This document shows positions 13,312 to 27,003 of a DNA stretch of 64,000 bases, one piece after another (position 1 is the first letter of the stretch; every line of letters starts with the position of its first letter). The position numbers and the translations under genes are program-made. This DNA comes from Octopus bimaculoides (Eukaryota), in the NCBI RefSeq assembly GCF_001194135.2, contig NC_068983.1, forward strand, positions 138,061,583 through 138,125,582, read 5' to 3'. The notes beneath the pieces are model-generated. The model had not been told where the DNA came from. It worked only from the letters and a program-made list of their open reading frames with translations, and made no database searches.

Positions 13312-14395
13312 GTTACGCTAGTAATCGGTATATTTGTGGTTTAGAGTAAAGCGTGAGGTGAGTAAAGAGTGTAATATTAATGAATGAATTACAAAAGAAC
13401 AACAATTACGTCATCACTTTCATTAGCTTTCAGTTTTTTATGTTATAAGATGCAGTACACTCAGATGTGAGAGCTTGGCAACATCCTGTAGCCGAAAGAG
13501 CTGTAAGCTAATGTAGGTCATTACATAACTCCTGTTCGTTCGTCATTCATTAATGTATGTATGTATGTATGTATATTTGTATGTGGGAGCACTATAACTC
13601 AGCAAATAGAATCTTAGCAAGTAACATTTTAGACAGAGCCACAGCTTAGAAGCGCTAACATTACAAGTCCGAACTAAGCAAGTTCCCAATTTTGGCAAGT
13701 ATCCAATTCAGTATGTCTTGCACAAAAATGAAATAATTGATCAACAGAAATTGACGTCTTAACCTTTGAATTATAAATTGTAATACCTTTAAAAGCCAAC
13801 TAAACCAAATGCTACAATTTGTAATCCATTATCCAGTCAGAAAAATGGAAACCGAAATGAAAATTGTCAAAACACAAAGAGGAAAAGACAAGATCCTCTA
13901 CAGAGGGCATTCATAAAAGCTGGAACAAATAGCAAAAATGACTGTTTGCTGGCGATGCAGCGATGAGAATTGTTCTGGGTTGATTTCAACGCCTCTCAAC
14001 TACAGGGAAGAAGGAAACGCTGAGTATGCCTGTTAGCATACATGTATACTTTATTTGTGGGTTGACAAGACAACTGATGGTGTCATGTGACGATACCTCC
14101 ACAGTTGTCTAAGCGTGTCACATGGAAGTACTGGCGCTCGCCCCCATACTGGATAAGCACACATATATACTTATATATATATATATATNNNNNNNNNNNN
14201 NNNNNNNNNNNNNNNNNNNNNNNNNNNNNNNNNNNNNNNNNNNNNNNNNNNNNNNNNNNNNNNNNNNNNNNNNNNNNNNNNNNNNNNNNNNNNNNNNNNN
14301 NNNNNNNNNNNNNNNNNNNNNNNNNNNNNNNNNNNNNNNNNNNNNNNNNNNNNNNNNNNNNNNNNNNNNNNNNNNNNNNNNNNNNNNNNNNNNNN

Positions 14396-14443
<48 letters not shown>

Positions 14444-15472
14444 CGTGTGAGTGCGTGTGTGTATTTATATATATTCTTTTCTTTATTTTTCTTCTGTCAA
14501 CGTTAACTTAAAGGAAAACTGTCTAAAATATTGGATGCTCAGATTAATTAGCAGAATCATATATTGGCGGCCAGCCATTTTTATGTTGTGCAAACTCAAG
14601 CACATCTTAAATCTTCTAAGCTAATCTTTACTAGACAGTGAAGTTGTTTTTCAGAAGTTTCCTATTTCAGTTTTTTTCTTTTCAAACTGTCATGCAAACG
14701 TTCGACTATCTTTAAAATCACAATCGTGTTTTTTGGACATTGCAGTGTTTGATTATCAGTCTATAAACCCAAGAGTTGTCCCATCTTAAGTACCCAAATT
14801 GTCCAGGAGCACATCATTTAATTTTCTTACATTTTTCACGAATTGTTTCCACAAGCTTTACTGTTTTGGCCATGTGTCTGATTTCCTTCTCCCCCATCAA
14901 ACCTATTTTAAAGCATCAAACATAATATCTAGTGTAACCATATTACGCTTTCATTCTGCAGTGCTGTCTTCACTTCAGCTTGACAGTTTGTTTCTTGATA
15001 TAACATATTTGTAGTAAAAATAGCACGTAGAAAAATGATCTAATTCTTTTTGATATAAAAACAGAAATGAGAGGATGAAAGGTGAAGGAGTAAGATAGGA
15101 GGAAGTACTGCATAACCCTTAGTTGAAGGGTTATCATGTTCGTCGGCACTTTACCCCTTGCACCTCTGACTTAAACCATAATATCACATTCTATTCCCTC
15201 CTACTCACACACACCTACACCCCATCCACACATATCTTTGTGTTGACATACAACATATATAGCTACATTGCTATTATGGTGATACTACTATTGTTGGCAG
15301 TTGATTATTCAAAACTTGCTGGGTTAGTAGTGGTGGTGATATTAGTTGCATTAGTTCTCAAGCTAGTGACGATAGTCACAGTGATGGGTGGTATCTTTAT
15401 TTCGTAATTAGAGTTTTTCAGATTATTAACTACTTTAATGCTAGCTAGTGTGTCGAGAAGGTGTCATTGGGC

Positions 15473-15803
15473 CAGGGCTGGCCAACCTGAGGCCGCGGGC
15501 CGCATGCAACCCCGCAAACTTTTATCTTGGGGCCCACTTGATACTTTCTTGAAATGGGTTTTTTAACACAAACATCTAAAAAATTTTATGAAAAATTAAT
15601 GATTGTAATGAAAAGTAAAAAAAAAGAAAAAATACTACTGTTTTTGCAGCGATAATATTTCATTTTGAATCAACGATCATTCATTCATTATCGTAATTAG
15701 AGAGAAAGCAAAATGCTTTCTTTTCTGTCAGTATACAAGCAGCCCTCAAAAAACTTTCTGTGATTAAAGTGGCCCGCAGTGTAATTTGAGTTGGCCAGGC
15801 ATG
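15473..15803. mobile_element. hAT (Charlie/MER30-like) MITE, 331 bp
   Basis: TIRs cagggctggccaac / gttggccaggcatg, subterminal gcggcccgc-type motifs, degenerate 8 bp flanks cattgggc / ctttagac (5/8). Confidence 0.75.
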
Positions 15804-16147
15804 CTTTAGACTAATAAAGAAGTTCAGTTTTTAAATTCTTAAAAGTTCCGTAAAGGTGAAATTACAAAATTTATCCCGATATTAGCAGTCATATTTCACA
15901 ATTCCCGTAAGCGCGAAATGCATAGCTTAAGGTAGCAAAAACGGAGCGAATGCCTGTATATATAATAACAGTCTTAGTCGACTGAAGATTGATGATTGCA
16001 CTCAGTAGACTGAAGAATCTCGAGTAGACTCTAATAATTTTTTTTATGTATTAAACGTATCTTCCCATTCTACCTTAAGTACTGACTACGGAATCGGGTA
16101 ATGATTACGCTGAGTGAACCTTGTGTGGTATATGCACTCGCATATTT

Positions 16148-16300
16148 TATCATTTTTACACACACACGAATACACACACACGCATACACACACACGCATA
16201 AACACACACGCATACACACACATACGCATACACACACACACGCATACACACACACGCATACACAAACACGCATACACACACACACACATACACACATGTA
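16148..16300. repeat. CA-derived minisatellite (acacacacgcat-like units)
   Basis: Seen directly. Confidence 0.85.
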
Positions 16301-16403
16301 CACGTATTTATATGCAATATATATGAATGTATAAAGGTGTAGGTGTCTCGTGTATGAGCAAGAACGTTAGTGTGTAATTTTTATGATTGTATGGAGTACT
16401 AAG

Positions 16404-16484
<81 letters not shown>
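16404..16484. repeat. (TATC)n microsatellite
   Basis: Seen directly. Confidence 0.97.
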
Positions 16485-16486
<2 letters not shown>

Positions 16487-16608
16487 ATATATATTAAAGA
16501 GCGTAGGCTCGAAACCTAAAAGACTTTCTTACCTTTCCAAGTGTCAAAATAATACACTTGCTTGTTGTTTATACACCTGTTTTTGTCTTCTGTTTTTCTG
16601 TACATTTC

Positions 16609-16641
<33 letters not shown>

Positions 16642-17304
16642 NNNNNNNNNNATATATATATATATATATATATAGATATATATATATATATATATATACC
16701 AGAAACATTCAATATGCGAGTTTCTACCTAAATTTTATATAAATATTTTATACATATAGGTTTCACAGGAAAAAAAATTTGACTTGTATGTTTGACGGCA
16801 TATCATTTTTGAGTGGTTTCTGTTTCATACATGTGAGATCTATGATTATTTAAAGAACGTAAATGAATGAATAAATAAATGAATGAATGAATAAATGAAT
16901 GAATGAATAAATAATATCTGAATTTACCCCGAAGAAAGTCTGTCATATTCGTTATTATCAAATAAGTCTAGCTATGAATAACAATTGGGAATTAGTAAAT
17001 GTGTGTTATATCAACATAGCTGGCAGTTATTAAAGTTGTGTTCACACTCTGTTATCTGTGATATATAATCAAACTGCGCCGACTGACTTAATTTATTACA
17101 TTGTTTCGGTTATGTTATTTACAAGATATACTGTTTGAAGTTTTGCTATTAGTTCACCTTTCTAACTAAATGTATTGTTATTTCTTCCATTATAACATAT
17201 TTATTTATTTATATCTATTTATGTATCAGTCAGATAAGTTCTTAATATCTTAGAATTTTATTATTTAAAAATTTTATTTTTTGTGAAACACAAGCCATTT
17301 CCAG

Positions 17305-17440
17305 AATTTATGTCAGAATGAAGTATATCAAAATGGTGCCTCAGCATCATTCAAGAATACGTTTCCCAGTTCAAATTTTCTTCACTCTTTTCATCATTTG
17401 TCCAACATGTTAAGCGCCGGTACCTCAATAAAATATTTAG
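17305..17440 (+). CDS. Candidate exon, product unknown
   Basis: ttccag acceptor, ag|gtacgt donor, one frame open across the segment (NLCQNEVYQNGASASFKNTF...SIKYL); no family recognised. Confidence 0.2.
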
Positions 17441-19224
17441 GTACGTGTTTCGTTTAGTACCTGCTTGCGTGCCTTCAGCAGCGTTCATTGGATTTGATAC
17501 AAACTTTTGAAACAGACCACTCACATCAGTTTGCATTCCACCTATATACTTCTCGCTGAAATCGACCTTTAAGATGTCCAAGGTGGGTTACAATCTCATC
17601 AAATTGGGAAGACTTGAAAATGTAATAGATACTAACATCTCTTCCTCGCTGACTAACTTATAAACATACACACACATATATACACACATAGAAACGCCCC
17701 CACACACAAACGCACACATCATTAATAACAATTTTACAGACTACAAGGATTCAAAGAATCAATATCTCGCAATCGGTGCAGATACGTTAAATGAATGTTG
17801 TAGATACTGAGTTACAAGTTTTGTTTTGGGTTTATATTAACTAATGTTGTTTTACTTCAGACAGGTGAATTAATTATACATCTCACTATTCATTACACAG
17901 GTGAGAGCAGAGACTTAGGTTATACTGAAAAGGTAACAGCAAACAATTCCTATACATCCTTTCCAGGAAGATGCTATAAATGCTGCATAAATACTTCGGT
18001 GGCAGAGACGATAGAAATCATAATAACGAACCCAGAACAAAGGCCATCTATGATACCAGAAAACATATTAAAAACTGCTCATGATATTTACAGCTGAAAT
18101 GCATTTTTGCTGCCCATAAGATGCAAACAAACAGGTGGAGTAGTTATGCTATTCTTTTTCTTTAATTTTTTCTCCAATTCGTTTGAAAGTAATACTTTTT
18201 GCTATACTAGTGTATTATTATACTTCTTCTATGCATTCAGCAACTATAAAGGTATGCATGTACTTATATTCAAGAGAATGTAATTTCTTTCACTATCGTA
18301 TTATTGTTATGGTTATTGTTATTTTTGCCATTCAAAGTATTGCTTTTAAGGTATTGCTACTTTTTACGACTGACGACGCTGTTGTTAATGCAGTTATTAT
18401 CAAAAGTGTCTACATTAATATTAATGTATTTTTCTAAGAATCGCCGCTATTATTTATTTTAGACTTGCTATTTACTCCTATTTTCTTTCCTTCCTTCAAA
18501 GGAGAAAATTGGTTACTGCTATAACGAGAATCATCTCCCACCGTAACCAGTATAACAACGCTGAAATGAATTTCTGATGTCCATGCAACAATAAATAATA
18601 TAACTTCCCTCCTAATGGGGAATATATATAAATATTAAGCTTCACTCTTCTTTCTTGGCGTAAAAACCATAAAATAAATACAAGGTATTCAGTTAGAGAA
18701 AACAAAATACATTTGTCAAACGAGAGCTGCTTCAAGACACATCTTTCTGAGGAAAGTTTCTGCAACAACGGCAACAGCAACAGCAGCAACAACAACACTC
18801 ACAATTATAATAACTAATATTAATTCCAGTTGATTTTTAACACTAGAATCTTTACTTTACCGAAATATATATAATCAGTTGAAATAAATGGACAAAGTAT
18901 ACAAGTGGAATGGGTTGGCTTTAAGCCTCCAGGAAGAAATACAATAGTTAAGATGTAATTCTATAGGAGGGATGAAACTGAAGATAATTGAGCAATAATG
19001 AAAATGGCAGTAAAGGCACTTTCGGCATTTTATGATTTAAAAGTTACAGTATTTATTATCAGGTTATGTTTATGAAATGTAACAGGCAGGAGTAAAATCT
19101 ACTTTAAATTGTTTATATTGTTTTAGAAAATGCTATTACGATTATATGAAAATGAAAATTAAAATAGAAAAATCAAAACTATATTCTAAGTGTATTTTTG
19201 TCTACTGATTACATGGGGATCTAA

Positions 19225-19242
19225 ATAATAATAATAATAATG

Positions 19243-19306
<64 letters not shown>

Positions 19307-19331
19307 TGATAATAACAATGATAATAATAAT
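19225..19331. repeat. (TAA)n microsatellite at the SINE tail
   Basis: Seen directly; abuts the minus-strand SINE 3' end. Confidence 0.95.
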
Positions 19332-19539
19332 GCTTTCAAATTTCGCCACAAAGGCAGTTTGGGGAAGGGCATGAGTGGATTACATCGACCCTAGTTTTCA
19401 ATTGGTACTTATTTTATCAACCCCGATAGGATGAAAGGCAAAGTCGACCTCGGCGAAAATTGAACTCAACGTAGTGACAGGCGAAAAGCCGCTAAGCGTT
19501 TCCCCGGCGTGCTAAAGATTCTACCTAGATAACTGCCCT
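19332..19539 (-). mobile_element. tRNA-derived SINE family A
   Basis: Reverse complement of the family A body (ggatgaaaggcaaagtcgacctcggcgaaaattgaactc). Confidence 0.85.
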
Positions 19540-19560
19540 ACTACTACTACTACTACTACT

Positions 19561-19902
19561 AGGCACATTTTTACCGATCGCGAGGGAATGCAACTTTATA
19601 TTCAGTGCTGAATATTATTCCGTAAAAGCACATGTACTGAAGTGTAACTTAAAAAGCCCGTCTCTTTCATGGATATATAAGGATGAACAATCGTCTATGT
19701 ACTGTGTTGAATACATCAGGGTATGTTTATTTTTGTTTATTTTTATGTGTCTTGACCATGCGTGTACTGATGAATAAAAGATGCAGTTTACTGCATAGTT
19801 TACTGCATTAATTATTAAATCATTGGTTTACCGTTAAGTTAGAAGTTTTTAGGAAGTTAGCTTTGAAAGTTGCATTCCCTCGCGATCGGTAAAAATGTGC
19901 TT
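19561..19902. mobile_element. MITE with 37 bp terminal inverted repeats
   Basis: aggcacatttttaccgatcgcgagggaatgcaacttt (19561-19597) and aaagttgcattccctcgcgatcggtaaaaatgtgctt (19866-19902), 36/37 identity; AT-rich non-coding interior. Confidence 0.88.
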
Positions 19903-20201
19903 ATTTTGGTAGTTTTGATTTATGGAGTTCCTCTAAGCGTGAGGCATTATTGTATAGTAATGCCCATATATAAATTAAATTATATGTATTTATGGAAAAA
20001 AAAGTGTTTTTTTTCCTTATGAGGTTCTTTCACGCTAACTACTTGATAAATTCTTATAAAGTTTTTAGTCTAAACTTATATTATATTATATTATATATAA
20101 CACAAAAAACAATAACAAAAAAACAACAAAGTGAGGACGTGATACGGATAGTGTTATTGGACGCTCGGGAAAGGAAAGAGAGAGAGTATGACGTTTCGGG
20201 C

Positions 20202-20344
20202 ACGCTGACAGGGGCGTCTCTAGGATCACTAAATTAGACAAGTCTCGCCTATGACTGCTGACGAGCCCACTACTGATAGGTGAAGCTAGTCTAGTCCAGT
20301 GATCCTAAAGACGCTCATGGGGCGGTTATCTCTCCTGTCAGTGT
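20202..20344. repeat. Long imperfect inverted repeat (arms 20202-20252 and 20276-20344)
   Basis: acgctgacagg..gcgtctctaggatcact..tagac..cgcctat mirrors ataggtg..gtctagtccagtgatcctaaagacgc..cctgtcagtgt; the right arm has an extra segment of about 18 bp. Confidence 0.85.
20254..20300 (+). ncRNA. Degenerate type I hammerhead ribozyme motif
   Basis: actg-CTGACGA-gcc[11 nt]ggt-GAAG-ctag t ctag-TC-cagt: stems I, II and III present; A15.1 is G. Confidence 0.6.
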
Positions 20345-21337
20345 AGATATATATTGCACGGTTCTAATGCATTAAGCGTTTTTAACTCATATCTTGCAAC
20401 ATAATATGCTTCGCCACCCTCAATCACAATTAGGGACGCTAAAACTTTTCCTAGTATATATATCAATTATTTCGTATATNNNNNNNNNNATATATATATA
20501 TATATAAATTATTTCAGTATTAACTTAGAGCAATTTGTAATCATACATTAGTAATCAAACTACGGGTCAGCATACTGAGAAGCAATCGACAATGTTAGTT
20601 GAGGGGTTGATATCATTTGATAAAAAGGCATTTACGGGGCAACTGGTATTATAATGTCGCGCTGAGAACTACTGGATTCTCCGACAAAATATGTAAAATT
20701 GCCTTATAAGCAAAAAGCATAGAAATAGGAATAGATAGAAATGATATATTTCTTATATAATTAGAGAATTGCCTAATTTAATAAATCCAATTTTCCGATA
20801 CGACATAAATATACTAAGACATTAAATAGGTACTGTTTTAAGGTTAACGGTGTTGGTAATATATAGCACTAAAGTCGAAACCGATAACATTAATGAACCA
20901 ATATATATATTAGATCAACCGAGTTGGAATTTAAAATTTGATGTGTAAGTATAAACATTCATTAGCCAGCGCTGCTAAAATATGTACTACAACTTCGTTA
21001 AAATTTATTTGGTTCTTACGTGAGGCAATTACATAAGGATTCAAAACTACATGGTCAGATGTTAATAAAACATAGGCCTATATGGAGGGTACATTCATAT
21101 AAAAAATGTGGTGTTGTCTTAAAAGAGAAACTAACGATTTTCTTTTAGAACGAAAATGGTTTGAAAGCAGAATTGTTGGCGCCTTGTATTTACGAAATCG
21201 AACATCATGCATGTTAGTGTCAGGCTCGCTGATTTTTAATCTTTCAGAAAAAAAAATGGACTTTCATCGATATTGCAATATTCTACAGATAAGAGTTTTA
21301 AAAATGTTCAAACAGAAACTAACTTTCACTAACTTTT

Positions 21338-21555
21338 AAGGCGGCGAGCTGGCAGAAACGTTAGCACGCCGGGCGAAATGCTGAGTGGTATTTCGTCTGC
21401 CGCTACGTTCTGAGTTCAAATTCCGCCGAGGTCGACTTTGCCTTTCATCCTTTCGGGGTCGATAAATTAAGTACTAGTTACGCACTGGGGTCGATGTAAT
21501 CGACTTAATCCATTTGTCCCCTCTCTGTTTAGCCCCATGTGGGGAATAAAGAAAT
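21338..21555 (+). mobile_element. tRNA-derived SINE family A, full length, 16 bp TSD
   Basis: A-box-like tggcagaaacg, B-box gagttcaaattcc; direct repeat agaaactaactttcac at 21314-21329 and 21557-21572. Confidence 0.92.
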
Positions 21556-24500
21556 TAGAAACTAACTTTCACAAAAAAGAATGATTACAATGACCTTTTA
21601 TTGGTTTGGATTCTGAGTGAAATGATTAATCAATGACGTGAGGATAATTTTGACAAGCAGCTAACAGATGGTAGTAAGATTTCGAAACAATTGTATTTGA
21701 AAAACATCGCTCATATGAGTTTCTTTTCAAAATATTAAGCAAGCTTTCGTATAATATGTGTGAAAACATTTTTAATTGCTTGATGATGTAAGAAGCAAGA
21801 GAATCGAATTGTCAGCTGAAGAAGTGTAAAATAGAGAAAGGGAGTACGTAAAAGTGATGAGCTGTATATTATGAGTGAAGTTTACTTAGAAATCGCATAA
21901 GTTTTTTTTCATTTTAAAGAGAAAAGATTTGGAAAGGCATAGATAGTTAGAGGGTGAGAGAAAAGAACATAAATGTTACAGATGATTATTTATTGAAGAT
22001 ATCGTAGACGAAGGAGCATTATCATGTGTGCATTCGGAGTTGAGTACAGATGTAACAGTTCTTAGGATGGAAATTGCTGTATAAGTGGCATGTTATTTAT
22101 TAGTTTGAAACATTGATATCTTGTCCTCATTTTGAAGAGTTATAGTTTTCATTAAAGACTTCCTTACATGCATAAGGTCTTTGAAGATAACTGAACAAAT
22201 CGCAGATCCCACAAAAAAGTGCCGTTCAAATAATTAAAAGACCCAAACTTTTATCACCCACAATAAAGATATATTCAGTGATTTTCTTCGGTTTTTGAGA
22301 CACCAAATGGAAAGGAAATGAAGTTCCGTCTGGATAGGATGGTAGTCAATCGCAGATTTTGTCATCGAGCGTGTCAAACTCGATACTGCTGATCGACAAA
22401 AATTCTTTACGTTTACAAAGCTGCAATTACTTACAACAGCGAAATGCAGCACATTCATAATATACTGACAGTTATGTGGCCTGAAATATCTGGCAACAAA
22501 GTATTCTGGCTACAAACACAGCATAGTACCAATAACAAAACAGAAACAACAAATGTTTGTCTACTATACAATGCAATTCACATTTGGTCTTCTTAGCTAG
22601 GGATAATACTTGTATCGTTATTCTATAAAAGCTCTGATCTGCAGAACAACTTTTGCCTCAATTTCTCTAGTTGGAATATAATATAGATATCAGGCTTCTA
22701 AGGAAATGCTGACAGCGACAACTAACTCATTAAGATAGAGATTTATCATCCATCTTTTGATCTTGAACAGTTTCGGTGCACTCATCGGCCTTTTTGAAAA
22801 GGTAAATAAAAATGAAGTACTAAAGTACTAGTGCTATTTCCATGAGAGTCCTGATGAAATATCTTGGGTGTAATGAAATCACACACAACATGCTTGACAT
22901 ACTGACGCAGACAAGCATTTTTACAAATACAAACATTCTCGATTTCAACTGCAGAAGGTCATCTGACTGATTGGCAAACTTTCACTCGCAAGCACATTAC
23001 GTACACTAGCCCAAAACCTTATATTTTTTCTGAGTCTTTCATCTATTCTCTTATAATACCTGCTATTTTGAGCTAACAAGCTATACATAACTGCTAGACA
23101 AACCCATCTGCAGATACGCCTTCTGTCATCAATATTGTGTCTGAACTCACGAACTATGTACAACAGTTTATCCAACCGTTTCTGCTTGAAATTACAACTC
23201 TTTAGAATTCTCTCTATGACACCACTTCCGCTACAGGCATTAATCATAGTTTAGACAAAATCTCAAGTAATGACAACCAGTATTATGAGCACTGTCTTTC
23301 TCCAACGACTAAATATTCGAAAATATTAAAAAAAACAAGTAGCGTCATGGCATATTTTCATATTTTAATATTTCAAGAAGAAAGCTATAAACATTATCGC
23401 GTGAGTTTGCTATCGGTTCCATTCTCCATAGATTCTGTTTTTATAAACCCCAGTTCAATACTTGAAGTTTCATTGTGATATCGAAGAACATAACTCCTCA
23501 GCCAAAGAAAGAAGTGATATCGTGACAACGTTAACTGTTTGTAGAACTGGGGTTGTCATTCAAATTCAGTATATATTCCAGAGGAACAATTCACATGTCT
23601 TGAAGTTATATTATTTAATATGCTGATTATTTTTGACATAAGGCAGAAAGAAATCCTGATTCAGAAACATTCTGCAATGGTAGCGATCAAAACAAAGAAC
23701 AAAGACACTTGAAAAAGACCAACTACTTCTTGCTGTGTTCACAGTTTGAGAGAAAAGCTATGTTCGATTTTTTTTTGGATGTAAAAATAAGATTGCAATG
23801 ACGAATTTATATACGAAGATATTCTATATTTTCTTAATATATGCTTTTATTTGTTTCCTTTTCGATTAAACTGTGTTTCTCTTATTCGTATTACTTAAAA
23901 CTAATGCGCTTTCAGGATTAAGCCACTACAGGGGACCTAGCGAAGAACCTACAATATAATGTAGATTGTCTTGGTAAGCTTAATTATGTATCATTCAAAC
24001 ATAAAAACAATATTTTGTAATTCTATGCTAACGAATCTACACAATCTACAAATGTTTTTGATTTATTTTTCATTTATATTGTTTATTCCATCTGATATCC
24101 CCTGGAGAATCTTTCAATATATTTAATTTCTACTTTTTTCTGACATTTTCTTATTTTGTTTTCTTGTCTGCGTCGATTGAAACAACTTGTAATGTTTATT
24201 TTAAATATAATTCTACTTTATCTAGAAAAGCTGAACTATACATACATATGTACGTACATATAGATACGCATACATTCAAACACACATATGCACCCCCCAC
24301 ACACATATGCACCCCCACACACATATACATAAACATATATATATACATGTCGTTTATAAACAATCTTGTTTTATAACGTTCAAAAATAAACAAGCAAGCA
24401 AACCAAAATATAATAATAGCCCTATATATGTATATCAATCTATCTAACTGTCTAAACAGATATGAAAGGGGCCAGTTTTTATCGTCTTTGTATTAGGATA

Positions 24501-26456
24501 ACGTTGCATTGTGTATATATAATAGGCAATAAATGGAGACGTTTGTTCTGATATGAACAAAGTTAAGCTGGTTGTATGCAATACGGAAGAAATAAATTGA
24601 GATAAATAAATCTTTATTCTTTCTATTAAGAAATGTATCAAACAAGAAGCGATCTGTAGATTGCATATAATTTATTGCTATTACTATTTCAATCGATCTT
24701 GATACGTATCCAACTATATTTGCTAATCATAACCAAAAGCAATCTCTTTCTCTCTGTATATAGTGCGCGTTCATCCATTGTTAACTAAATTTATCACTCT
24801 TGTTTTTGGGGTGCCACAAAAGACCAATGAATCTATTATCAGCTATGATGTTGATGTTTCGAATCCAAACAGTTCTAGAGAGCTGGCAGCGACACATAAC
24901 TGTGACATAGCTGCTAATCATGTGTTCGAATCAAAACGTATTTTTTGAGATGCTTACTCAGAAGGCTGGTCTATGAGAAATACTATTTTCTTTCAGAGAA
25001 AAATCAATTCCACAGTGGAGCCACCGTTTAAACCCCACACGCTATGTTCGTACTACTAGACGCAACCATCTGTTGTCATCAAATTGGTATTAATCCGGAG
25101 ACATGGTGGACAACATGTTACTCAACCCAGTGCAGATGTATGCAGTTTTCAGCAGCAATTTGCTTGAGAGTTGGACTGGAACGTAGAATGGATTTCAGTG
25201 CTTACCATGACACTCAGCATGAGAGGGGGTGTTACGAAAAGATAAATACACTTGCGGAAATATGGGAAGCAACGGCTGGCTGGCTGTATGAAGGATAAAG
25301 CGATTGGTCTAGAATTCTGCTTTACGAGCTTTACTTTTACATGTCAGAGTTGTTTGCCGGCGTCTTGGCAGGTTTCTACGCAACTAATAGCAGTTCAGAA
25401 GGTTTTCAGTTCTGTGAGTCGAAGAGCAGTGAGAAAAACCGACAAAAGGATGGTCTGGTTGGTAATTTTAGGCTTGCAGCATCTCTGTTAAACGCAGATT
25501 TCAACATTTGGTCAATGAAAAGGTTATCAATAATCTAATTGGTGATGCGCAAATGTGCGACGTTCCGAACAGTTCTATCCACGACAACCTCCATCTAATG
25601 AAATAAATTAAAGATACAGAGTGGGTAGAGAATCAGGAATGAGTGAAACTTTGATCAATTTAGAGCAGTAAAATAATCGACTTTCATAGAGTGAATTTGG
25701 TAGGCGGAAACTCTTCGGAAGCCTATCGTATATATACTGATTCTACTTTCTACCATCACTTTCTTAGCATTGTTACATATTGAACACAAGTACTAAGTGA
25801 AGATTTGATCGACGAAGCCATACAAATGTTTGTTGCTGCCTGGCCGCAATGACTGAAATACGTAAAATTATAAAAGGAAAGAATAAAAAGATATATATCG
25901 TCACCATGTTTATATTTATCTTTGAAAGCTTCAAGCTACAGCTATCAAATACCGTGGTCCTGTTAGAGAGTGTTTTGACACCACAGAAAATGTTTACTTG
26001 ACAGCTAATGAATAGCTTTACTTTGTTCATATCTTATTTTACCGTAGTTTTTTGGAATTGTGCACGTTTTATGATTGTCTTTTCCTCTTTTCCAGTAAAA
26101 TCTTATCGTATTACATTATATTTTTACAGTTCCTTCCTTCATCCTAAACGTCTCTTTTTTTTCTAAGGTACTCTTCTGTGAATTTTACGAGTTACGGTCT
26201 GCTTTCGTCGTTTTAATACTTCACTTGGTGGTGGTTCTTTCACAGACNNNNNNNNNNNNNNNNNNNNNNNNNNNNNNNNNNNNNNNNNNNNNNNNNNNNN
26301 NNNNNNNNNNNNNNNNNNNCCCCCACACACACACACAAACAAAGCTTTATCTATAAAAATATCTTTATATATGAATATATTCAAAGATGTGTGTGTGTGT
26401 GCATGTGTGTTTATATGTATATGTGTGTGAGTGTGTGTGTGAGTGCTTTTGGATGC

Positions 26457-26490
<34 letters not shown>

Positions 26491-27002
26491 ATATTAGAAT
26501 TTTGCTCTGAGCAAATAATAAAAATGACAAAACTAAAAATTAACTCGTAAATTTACTGAACATGGTGATAAATAAATGAAAAAGAAGTATGTTTGCGAGA
26601 AACAATGAATACATCAATGCCTTACGATGGGATAAGTATGAATATTACAAGACAAGACGATAAAAATAAACAATACAAGGACGGAACACACCAAGACCAA
26701 TAAACAGACTTTTGACCAGGATTGTACAAATAGGAAATGCAGTATTATGACTCAAACGAGACCAGAGCATGCAAGAATTAACGTGAAGGCAAACATAAAT
26801 GCTGTTAAGTCTTTTGACCGGCAGTATGAGAGAACAGAAAGCTAAAAAGAGAAAAGAAAACGGAACTGAACGATTCACTAGTCAAGGAATGAAAGGCAGA
26901 AGGATAGAGAGAAACAGGACTGAACAGAGAAGTGAACGGCCTTATGGGAAAAGCTGCAACAGAACGCAAGATCGAAGGGAAAAACGAAAGCGGAAAGCGG
27001 AA

Positions 27003-27003
27003 A

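Noticed and set aside
15978-16032. Two CTGAAGA motifs in tandem resembling hammerhead 5' cores
   Set aside because: No GAAA at the required position and no convincing stems I and III.
22846-22880. CTGATGA...GAAA string
   Set aside because: Stem II is not adjacent to the core, and stems I and III are absent.
21600-23300. Possible very old LINE endonuclease/RT remnants
   Set aside because: Only vague motif echoes in inconsistent orientations; cannot be supported without a profile search.
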